Shown here piece by piece: positions 27,057 through 34,193 of a stretch of 64,000 nt of DNA; the stretch's first letter is position 1, and each line of letters opens with the position of its first letter. The translations under genes were made by a program, and so were the position numbers. This DNA comes from Candidatus Saccharimonas sp. GTDB lineage: Bacteria > Patescibacteriota > Saccharimonadia > Saccharimonadales > Saccharimonadaceae. Under the pieces are notes generated by a model. The model was not told the origin of the DNA. It searched no databases and saw only the letters and a list, made by a program, of their open reading frames with translations. The stretch is from positions 1,338 to 65,337 of the forward strand of contig JBASZO010000015.1 of the NCBI GenBank assembly GCA_049660945.1. Direction: 5' to 3'.

Positions 27057-29657
27057 ATGATGCTTACCGGTGACAAACTGACAAGTTGGCTGAATACGCT
27101 CCGAGGCTTCCTGCCATGGGTCATTGCTGTAGCGGTTATTGTATCCTTGGTTTTCCTTGTTCTGAAACTGTTAAGTGTGCGCAGACTAGTGCGTAGGAAG
27201 TCGGTGTTTTTAGAACTCACACCGCCCGCTAATACTGCCCGGGCACCTCGCGCAACGCAAGAGCTATTTGCTGTTATTCATGGCCTGCGCAGCAATCGGA
27301 CACTACGCGACAGGCTACTACGGCGTGAGGTCGTTCTGTCTTTCGAAGTATCATCGACGCGAAAGCAAGGCGTGCGTTATCTCGTGCGGGTGGATGCTCG
27401 GCATGCGGACAATTTGCAGCAAGCCATCGTCTCCTATTTACCACAGATAAAGGTTACGGAAGTTCCTGAAACTTTAGCTGAGGATGGTATGCAAGTTGTT
27501 GAGTTCAAGCAGACAGGTCACTTCGCCTTTCCACTTGCGACTATCGGTTCGCTAGACCAGCACGACCCAGTAGCATACCTAGCAGGTGCTCTAACGAAGC
27601 TACGCTCAGATGAACAGATACGTTTTCAAATAGTACTAACGCCGGTTCGTTTACGCGAGGCTTCGCTACTCGCACATAAAATACTCGGCAACGAAAATCT
27701 CTTAGTCCACTTGAATAGCAAGAAAATACCCTTGTGGTCGGGGCTTATGGCTGTAATGAACAAAGTGATGTTCGCCGCTACCGACGCAATTGGCGATGTG
27801 TATCACGGCTCTACTAACCGGGCATACTATAGCTCGGAGCGAACTAATGATGAGCGCACCCAAATTGCACGCAAGCAACGACCCGCTCGCACCTTGAGCG
27901 CCTTTGAGTTGGAGCTTATGGAAACGATGCACAAGAAGCTCAACCAGCCACTCTTCCGCGTGAGTATTCGGGCCGCCGTTGCTATGGATACGCCAGAAGC
28001 AACACACGAACGATTAAATGTTATCAAAACATCACTGCAGGCTTACACTGTGCCGTCCTACCAAACCTTACGTGCTCGCTACAATATGCCAATTGTACGA
28101 AGTATTCGCCGATTCAATTTTACTCATCACTTACCATCGTTTTTTGCCAGTAATTCTTTGGTGTTGTCTTCGTCTGAGCTGGCAGGTCTGTATCATTTCC
28201 CGCTGGGCAATACTTCCCAGACGGATAACCTCATTACGTCGTTAAGTCGTACGCTACCCGCACCCGTATCGCTGAAGCAAGACAATAGCCTGGATGTTGT
28301 AGTCGGACAGAATGAACATCACGGCGTAGCCACGCCAATTGGACTGACCGAACAAGAACGCGAACGTCATGTTTACATCATCGGTGGAACCGGCAACGGT
28401 AAGACAACCTTGTTGCAATACCAGATTGTGCAGGACATGCAGAATGGGAAAGGTTTAGCTATCGTTGACCCGCACGGCGATATGGCCGAGACACTGCTTC
28501 GCCATGTGCCATCCGAGCGAGTACAGGACGTTATCTACTTCAACCCCGACGACTTGGAATATCCAATTGGCCTAAACCTTTTAGAGCTGACGCCCGGTTT
28601 AACAGGCAACGAGTTGCTACGCGAAAAGGACTTGATAACTGAGTCCGTCGTTTCCGTCTTCCGCAAGATTTTCTCCGATGACGATAACGGCGGCCACCGC
28701 ATCGAGTATGTCCTGCGTAATGCCGTACAGACCGCCCTGACCGTGCCGGATGCCACGCTCTTTACTGTATTCGACCTTTTGAACGACCCGAAATATCGCA
28801 AGTCAGTCACAAGGAACTTAGAAGATAAAAACCTGGTCAACTTTTGGAAGAACGAACTTGGCAAGGCCGGTGATATGCAGAAAGTTAAGATGGCCGCCGG
28901 TATCACCGCTAAGATTGGCCGCTTCCTATTCTCGGCCTCTGCGCGGCAGGTTTTGGAACAGCCCAAGTCCACTATAGATTTTGACGACATTATTAACTCC
29001 GGCAAGATACTGATTTGTAACTTCTCGAAAGGTCTACTTGGTGAAGACACCTCCGAACTGTTCGGCATAACCGTACTTGCCAAACTTCAGTTGGCAAGTT
29101 TGCGTCGCGCCCGTCTTGCGCAGCAGGAGCGCGGCGCATTTTACCTGTACGTCGATGAGTTCCAGAACTTCGCTACACAATCGTTTGTACAGATGCTCTC
29201 TGAAAGTCGGAAATACAAGCTGTTCATGGTCATGGCCGAGCAGTCCACCTCACAGCAGGACGACCAGCAGATGGTGAACATCATCTTAGCGAACGTTGGC
29301 ACCGTCATCTGCTTCCGCACGGGCAACCCACAAGATGAGCGATTACTTCTGCCACTATTTAGTCCTTACATCGAGCAGGGTGAAATAAGTAACCTGCCAC
29401 CATTCAACTTCTACGCAAAACTCTCCGCCACCAAGTCCCAAGAACCGCTCTCCGGCGAAACACTATTGCTTGCAAATGACGGTAGCGCCGAAATAGCCAC
29501 TGAGGTAATACAAAAATCCCGTGTTACTTTCGCTCGAACACAATCACCCAAGCCTGAAACCCCAGTACCGTATGAACCAAATACGAAACTCGCAAAGAAA
29601 CAGCCCAAGAGAACAGTTGAACCCCAGGCTGTCGTCATGCTTGATGTAGCCGACTGA
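27057..29657 (+). CDS. virD4: VirD4/TraG/TraD-type T4SS coupling-protein ATPase with an N-terminal TM anchor
   Basis: TM segment WVIAVAVIVSLVFLVLKLL. Walker A IIGGTGNGKTT. Walker B FYLYVDEFQNF. Also VMAEQS and ICFRTGNPQD. Start at ATG 27057 (RBS AGAGAGGG). Confidence 0.8.
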   Translation: MMLTGDKLTSWLNTLRGFLPWVIAVAVIVSLVFLVLKLLSVRRLVRRKSVFLELTPPANTARAPRATQELFAVIHGLRSNRTLRDRLLRREVVLSFEVSSTRKQGVRYLVRVDARHADNLQQAIVSYLPQIKVTEVPETLAEDGMQVVEFKQTGHFAFPLATIGSLDQHDPVAYLAGALTKLRSDEQIRFQIVLTPVRLREASLLAHKILGNENLLVHLNSKKIPLWSGLMAVMNKVMFAATDAIGDVYHGSTNRAYYSSERTNDERTQIARKQRPARTLSAFELELMETMHKKLNQPLFRVSIRAAVAMDTPEATHERLNVIKTSLQAYTVPSYQTLRARYNMPIVRSIRRFNFTHHLPSFFASNSLVLSSSELAGLYHFPLGNTSQTDNLITSLSRTLPAPVSLKQDNSLDVVVGQNEHHGVATPIGLTEQERERHVYIIGGTGNGKTTLLQYQIVQDMQNGKGLAIVDPHGDMAETLLRHVPSERVQDVIYFNPDDLEYPIGLNLLELTPGLTGNELLREKDLITESVVSVFRKIFSDDDNGGHRIEYVLRNAVQTALTVPDATLFTVFDLLNDPKYRKSVTRNLEDKNLVNFWKNELGKAGDMQKVKMAAGITAKIGRFLFSASARQVLEQPKSTIDFDDIINSGKILICNFSKGLLGEDTSELFGITVLAKLQLASLRRARLAQQERGAFYLYVDEFQNFATQSFVQMLSESRKYKLFMVMAEQSTSQQDDQQMVNIILANVGTVICFRTGNPQDERLLLPLFSPYIEQGEISNLPPFNFYAKLSATKSQEPLSGETLLLANDGSAEIATEVIQKSRVTFARTQSPKPETPVPYEPNTKLAKKQPKRTVEPQAVVMLDVAD

Positions 29658-29671
29658 CCTCTGTAAGTAGC

Positions 29672-29700
29672 TTGATAAAATAACATTTTTATGCCATTAT
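29672..29700 (+). promoter_or_regulatory. Candidate sigma70 promoter of the small-ORF/hammerhead cassette
   Basis: TTGATA (29672-77), 17-nt spacer, CATTAT (29695-700). Confidence 0.4.
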
Positions 29701-29758
29701 GTTCTCACTTCGTCGAGATGCAGATATCTTCATTTCCGAGGTTCTTTGACAAGCAGAC

Positions 29759-29814
29759 CACACAAGGTGAGAAGTAAGCACATACAGTAGTGTTCTTACC
29801 CCTCATCTTGTGTG
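29759..29814 (+). repeat. Long imperfect inverted repeat (20-bp arms, 16-nt loop)
   Basis: cacacaaggtgagaagtaag (29759-78) pairs with cttacccctcatcttgtgtg (29795-814): 17 Watson-Crick pairs, 1 G-U, 2 mismatches. Read directly. Confidence 0.6.
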
Positions 29815-29882
29815 TTGGGAATAAACACACGCTCGCTTTTGCGAGGGGTCTCTGTACCATGAGGAGAATTGGGAGGTGCGCC

Positions 29883-30068
29883 ATGAGTTTCGTAATTTCA
29901 CCACGCGATTACGAAGAGATGGCCAAAGCGCTGAAAGCTGCTGGGCTTGACGAGTCGAAGTCACGCCAGGTGGTCGACGCGCTGTTCACCAATGGTCACA
30001 TGCTGATCGACTCGAGGACCTACCACGAGATGTACGTCAGTGCGAACACCTACGGGGTGCCGTCCTGA
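29883..30068 (+). CDS. Hypothetical 61-aa protein, first ORF of the G/C-shifted cassette
   Basis: ATG preceded by GGGAGG at 6 nt. No recognisable family. Confidence 0.4.
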   Translation: MSFVISPRDYEEMAKALKAAGLDESKSRQVVDALFTNGHMLIDSRTYHEMYVSANTYGVPS

Positions 30069-30114
30069 TTACGTCTTAGTCCACAATGGTTCCACTCTCG
30101 AAAGGGCCAGACTC

Positions 30115-30336
30115 ATGGAAGTTGTAAGCAACGGGATTTACGAGCGATGTGGCGTGTGTGGGCAAATGGTTCGTCTGAATAAGCGCCTGTTTGGTAGCTT
30201 GCACATCTGTCTAACAGATTGTGAAGAAGCCGAACGGCACCTGGACATTCAGACTCGCAACGTGTGGTCGCTCAAAGGACGGCGTACCGAGAAGTTCTGC
30301 GCGCGTTGCGGAGAAACGCTTCCGGCAGAGCAGTAG
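30115..30336 (+). CDS. Hypothetical 73-aa protein with two CxxC pairs (zinc-ribbon-like)
   Basis: CGVCG...CLTDC...CARCG. The start could also be GTG 30040. Confidence 0.4.
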   Translation: MEVVSNGIYERCGVCGQMVRLNKRLFGSLHICLTDCEEAERHLDIQTRNVWSLKGRRTEKFCARCGETLPAEQ

Positions 30337-30359
30337 TACCTACTAAGGAAGGATTTCTT

Positions 30360-30551
30360 GTGAACGAGAAGAAACCTGAGACCGTAATTAACGAGTGGTG
30401 TGCGTTTCATCTCGATGAGACCGCATCGCGCTGGCCAGCTGGCGGGGGTGTACACGAAGGTGCCAGGGTGGCTCCGAATGGATTCATCTATGCCGGAGAT
30501 GGCATCGTTGCAGCTCTGACCAAGGCTGGATACAGGATTGTATCGGCCTGA
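30360..30551 (+). CDS. Hypothetical 63-aa protein
   Basis: GTG start preceded by AAGGAAGGA. No family recognised. Confidence 0.35.
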   Translation: MNEKKPETVINEWCAFHLDETASRWPAGGGVHEGARVAPNGFIYAGDGIVAALTKAGYRIVSA

Positions 30552-30648
30552 TGCAAGCTAGCGAGTTTGGCAAGTGGACGTGGGTTCAAACCTGGATGTT
30601 CACGGTCACTCGTGATATTTTTTCCTAACCCCATGTCTGCTTGTCGAA

Positions 30649-30701
30649 TTCGCTCCATAACTGTGTAGTTATGCTGATGAGTCCGAAAGGACGAAAGCGA
30701 G
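30649..30701 (+). ncRNA. Type III hammerhead self-cleaving ribozyme
   Basis: 5'-UUCGCU-C^-CAUAACU-GUGU-AGUUAUG-CUGAUGA-GUCC-GAAA-GGAC-GAA-AGCGAG-3'. Stem I is a 7-bp hairpin (30656-73). Core CUGAUGA is 30674-80. Stem II is 4 bp with a GAAA loop (30681-92). GAA is 30693-95. Stem III (open end) is 6 bp, 30649-54 with 30696-701. Predicted cleavage follows C30655 (triplet CUC). Confidence 0.85.
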
Positions 30702-30711
30702 AAATCAAGTA

Positions 30712-30939
30712 CTAAGCTTCTGGGCGTTGTGCTTTGTAGGCTTCGTAATATGTATCGAAGCCGTCTTCGCTCATAGTTGTAGACACTTCTTTTGCAACGG
30801 TCTGCATGAATGCTAGCAGTGAAATGGCATCTTCACGGGTAGCATTTTCGGGGTCATGGTATTGCAGGTATTTCATCGCCGCCGCAATCAGGTTTTCGTC
30901 TGTGATGCTCGGCCGTGTATCAAAATCGTTGTCGTTCAT
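30712..30939 (-). CDS. Hypothetical acidic 75-aa protein, downstream partner of the PLD nuclease gene (4-nt overlap)
   Basis: ORF-track entry. Its ATG overlaps the stop of 30936-31409. No family recognised. Confidence 0.5.
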   Translation of the reverse strand: MNDNDFDTRPSITDENLIAAAMKYLQYHDPENATREDAISLLAFMQTVAKEVSTTMSEDGFDTYYEAYKAQRPEA

Positions 30940-31409
30940 GATGGCGTTCCTATATATTTATCTAGCTTAATGAAAGTAAGCAACGCGCTCGCTTCTGCAC
31001 TAGAAGTAATCCGCCTCATTATCTCACAGCTATCACTGAACGATAAAATGTTCAGACTGCCTTCCCATACAACCTCATTATCAATGATGGCTAGTTTTCT
31101 ATGGTGTCCGGCGGTGTAGAGCACCACTATATCTAGTGCATGGAACAGTGCCACGGCTTCGGCGGCCTGCGCTTGATATGTACCGTCATGGTCTTCGGGG
31201 TCACGGGTGTTGATGACGACTCGTACCCCGTGCTTTCGTAATTGCTCAAAAATGGGCAAAAGCATACGCACACGCCTGCTGGTTATGAATGGGCTTTCTA
31301 TGACAAGTTGTTTCTTGGCATGCCGCATGTCGTACATGAAGGCATGGTAGAAACTGTTCTGGTCGTATAGCTTTGAGCTTGGCGGCGTAGTATTGCGGCG
31401 ACTAAACAT
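30936..31409 (-). CDS. Single-HKD phospholipase D-family protein (Nuc-like nuclease type)
   Basis: HKD motif HHRKLAIID followed by GSLNILS. At 157 aa it has one HKD domain, as in dimeric Nuc/BfiI-type nucleases. Confidence 0.8.
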   Translation of the reverse strand: MFSRRNTTPPSSKLYDQNSFYHAFMYDMRHAKKQLVIESPFITSRRVRMLLPIFEQLRKHGVRVVINTRDPEDHDGTYQAQAAEAVALFHALDIVVLYTAGHHRKLAIIDNEVVWEGSLNILSFSDSCEIMRRITSSAEASALLTFIKLDKYIGTPS

Positions 31410-31544
31410 CTCGTCCCTCCGAAGTGTCTAGGTCGGCTAGATAAACTTGCCCGTCAACATACCCGACACCAAGTTCAACCATTCTGCTGTATAGCGTAAC
31501 CAAATCTTCCTCCAAAGAGTGCCACTGAAATATACGAGGGCTCA

Positions 31545-31587
31545 CCAAAGTAAATACCCCTCTACGAAAGAGGGGTATTTACTTTGG
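31545..31587. repeat. Perfect 18-bp-stem hairpin (7-nt loop) between the CPBP protease gene and the PLD operon
   Basis: ccaaagtaaatacccctc-tacgaaa-gaggggtatttactttgg, read directly. No clean T tract on the minus strand. A short T-rich run (tgtgttttctt) follows on the plus strand. Confidence 0.6.
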
Positions 31588-31609
31588 TGTGTTTTCTTGG
31601 TGCAGCTTC

Positions 31610-32413
31610 CTACGCTTTCGCAAAAATACGCTTACTAGCACAGAAAGTGATAATACTTGCTGCGAGCGCATAAAGAATAGCTACCATAACAGCAAATGTA
31701 GTATCGCCCTCTGGAGTGATTGTGGCAGTCAAAACAACATTGTGCGCCATATGAGCGATCATTACGAGCAGTAGGCTGCCGCCAGATACGCTGTATAGCC
31801 AGCCGTAGATGATAGCGGTAGAAATGAGGCGGAGATAGGTTAGCGCGGTATCGGTAAGCCATGCCCCCTCCATTCCGCCACTAATGAGGAGTGGCCAGCT
31901 ATGCCAAGTAGCCCAAATAACACCTATGATGACACTTGCCCAAAACACTGAAAATCGCCGTTGCAGGCGTGGCTGTGCGAATCCGCGCCAGCCGAGTTCT
32001 TCGCCGAGCCCACCAGCTATAATGGCAGCAATACCGGGAGCGAGTGCCGCAAAATCGACCCAAGGTGACGGTGCTTCTGCGCCAAAGAGTTGCGAGAGTA
32101 AATGTGCTGCTCCCACGACACCTACAGGCAGTAGAATCGCACATGCATACCACTTTGGGCTGACTCGCCATTTCCCGACTTGTGCAAATAATGATTTGAC
32201 TGAACGCCAGCCGCCAGCGATACCGGTAGTAATGACAGCAGCGAGTGAGGATGCATAGGCGATGACAATGATAGCTGGAGAGAAGTCGCTCGAAAGGTCG
32301 ACGTTTTCGGCGATCAACCAGCCGACACTGCCGAGTGTCAATATAGCTAAGATCGTACCCCAGGCCAATAGTTCCCGTCGAGTGTTTTTGGATTTGGTGA
32401 TCAGCTGGGACAT
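31610..32413 (-). CDS. CPBP-family (CAAX-type) intramembrane metalloprotease
   Basis: GLGEELGWRGF, plus WATWH and IAHMAHN motifs in a polytopic membrane protein. Confidence 0.8.
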   Translation of the reverse strand: MSQLITKSKNTRRELLAWGTILAILTLGSVGWLIAENVDLSSDFSPAIIVIAYASSLAAVITTGIAGGWRSVKSLFAQVGKWRVSPKWYACAILLPVGVVGAAHLLSQLFGAEAPSPWVDFAALAPGIAAIIAGGLGEELGWRGFAQPRLQRRFSVFWASVIIGVIWATWHSWPLLISGGMEGAWLTDTALTYLRLISTAIIYGWLYSVSGGSLLLVMIAHMAHNVVLTATITPEGDTTFAVMVAILYALAASIITFCASKRIFAKA

Positions 32414-32438
32414 AGCCCCAGTATAGGGTGTGTTAGCA

Positions 32439-32465
32439 TTTGAGGCAAATAAAAAAGCTCGGCAG
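32439..32465 (-). terminator. Rho-independent terminator of the vWA gene
   Basis: On the minus strand: agctcgg-ttactg-ccgagct followed by ttttttatt. Confidence 0.6.
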
Positions 32466-32492
32466 TAACCGAGCTAGTAAGGAGGAAACCCT

Positions 32493-33332
32493 TTACTGAG
32501 GGGTGAGGAGACCGATACGGCGGGCTTCACGGTAGTACGCCGGGAACTCGTTTAGCAGTTTGCTCAGGATGAGCTTCTGCAGTCGATCCTGCTGTTCCGC
32601 TGTGCGCTTCACACCTGGGCCGTAGCTTCCTGGGGGCATAACCTCCATGGCGTTGAAGAAGCCACAGTTGTCGATGAGTCGCGAACCCTCGGGCATTTCG
32701 TTCAGCTGCTTGTTGAGGAAGTGGAAGTCGTTGTCGACACCCACGCCCACGAACTGGATGAAGATCGGCAGCTGTGAGATTCGCTTGATGTAGTCAATGA
32801 TCGCAGACTTACTGTCCGTCGGTTCGCCGTCGGTGATGAAGATGGCAAAGAGCGGTAGATCCGACTGGAACTTTACGCTCATAGGTGCGCCTGAGTACCC
32901 AAGGTCAATGCCTGCGAAGGCATCTACCTGGCTCACGATCCACTTGAGCGCTGCGAGGTAGTTGGTGCCACCTGCCCAGTTTTGCCGGTAGGTTCGCTCG
33001 ATCAATCCGAGACTATCGTCGATGTTGACGTCGCCCAGACCGATGTTTGACACCCTCTCGTTGAAGTAGGTGGATGGGATGATACCATCGTCATCGAATG
33101 CCGCACTGACGGCATACGCGATATTCGCGAGATCAGGAACCAGGCCGCTTGAATAGTTGCGGTTGCGATTATTCCAGCCCTGCATCAGCTCGTTTGAGGG
33201 GCTCGAGTCGAGCACCAGCACGACAGCTGCACTGTCGTTGGGACCTAGACCCTTGCTCATATTGATGGTCTGAACATTCTTGACCATCGACAGCATACCG
33301 ATCTTCCTGAGTCGGTCCTCAGCTACAGCCAT
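32493..33332 (-). CDS. vWA-domain protein of the TerF/TerY-associated type
   Basis: VLVLDSSPS (MIDAS-like DxSxS), AIFITDGEPTD and FIQFVGVG blocks. The gene is G/C-shifted relative to its neighbours. Confidence 0.65.
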   Translation of the reverse strand: MAVAEDRLRKIGMLSMVKNVQTINMSKGLGPNDSAAVVLVLDSSPSNELMQGWNNRNRNYSSGLVPDLANIAYAVSAAFDDDGIIPSTYFNERVSNIGLGDVNIDDSLGLIERTYRQNWAGGTNYLAALKWIVSQVDAFAGIDLGYSGAPMSVKFQSDLPLFAIFITDGEPTDSKSAIIDYIKRISQLPIFIQFVGVGVDNDFHFLNKQLNEMPEGSRLIDNCGFFNAMEVMPPGSYGPGVKRTAEQQDRLQKLILSKLLNEFPAYYREARRIGLLTPQ

Positions 33333-33464
33333 GGTGGAATTCCTTCCGGTGTGAGGTGCGTGATACGGATGTATCAGCTTCGATAATATAACATCTATAT
33401 CATGCTAAGTCAATCAGCATGCAGACACGCTATAGAAGAGCATGTGGTTTCTCGATGATATAAT

Positions 33465-34193
33465 ATGATTCATATGGCAGAATATGATCGAGATAAATAT
33501 GATGTGCCGTCCGATCAGGCGAACAACAGCAAGCTGAATAGTTTGCGTGCGGCAGTTTTGGGGGCTAATGACGGTGTTGTGAGTGTATCGGCTATCGTCA
33601 TGGGCGTTGCCGGAGCGACGAATGATGTGCGAACAATTAGCTTGACTGGTCTTGCGGCACTTATTGCTGGGGCGTTGTCGATGGCAGTAGGCGAATATGT
33701 ATCGGTCAGTAGTCAGGCAGATGCTGAAAAGGCGTATATTCGTGAAGAAAAGAAAGATTTGCGCAATGATCCTGCTGGCGAGCTAGATGAGTTGGCACGA
33801 GAGTATGTAAAGCAGGGGCTAAGTCGGGCGACCGCGCAAAAAGTGGCTCATGAGCTCACGAAGAAAGATGCGCTTCGGTCGCATTTACGCGTGCATTTCA
33901 ACCTTGACCCAGATGATATCAATAGCCCATGGCAGGCGGCAATTGCGTCGTTGCTCGCGTTTACCGCAGGCGGCCTCGTACCTTTCCTAGCAATTCTTGT
34001 GTCGCCAGCCGCAGGGCATGTCCCGGTCACGATTGTTTCTGTATTCGCTGCACTTATCATCATAGGTATGCTTAGTGCAAAAGTAGGCAATGCATCGAAA
34101 GCGCGCGCTATTCTCCGTGTAGTATTTGGCGGATTGGCGGCGATGGCGATTACGTATGGGGTAGGAGTCTTGTTTGGTACAACCGTTGGCTAA
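33465..34193 (+). CDS. VIT1/CCC1-family iron/manganese transporter
   Basis: LRAAVLGANDGVVSVSAIVMGVAGA, GALSMAVGEYVSVSSQ, and C-terminal TM segments. Confidence 0.85.
   Translation: MIHMAEYDRDKYDVPSDQANNSKLNSLRAAVLGANDGVVSVSAIVMGVAGATNDVRTISLTGLAALIAGALSMAVGEYVSVSSQADAEKAYIREEKKDLRNDPAGELDELAREYVKQGLSRATAQKVAHELTKKDALRSHLRVHFNLDPDDINSPWQAAIASLLAFTAGGLVPFLAILVSPAAGHVPVTIVSVFAALIIIGMLSAKVGNASKARAILRVVFGGLAAMAITYGVGVLFGTTVG

Noticed and set aside
30560-30612. tRNA-like T-arm sequence (gtgggttcaaacctgga) downstream of the third small ORF. It could have been a tRNA fragment or att remnant.
   Set aside because: The T stem does not pair (only 2-3 pairs fit around ttcaaac). No acceptor or anticodon arms can be drawn, and it does not match the tRNA-Glu in this window. 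At most it is a generic stem-loop.
31402-31545. Possible 47-aa ORF (GTG start; internal ATG would give 26 aa) overlapping the PLD nuclease start by 8 nt.
   Set aside because: The GTG lies in the foot of the 18-bp hairpin. Neither start has a convincing RBS, and there is no recognisable motif. It is kept as a note in the PLD finding, not as a feature.
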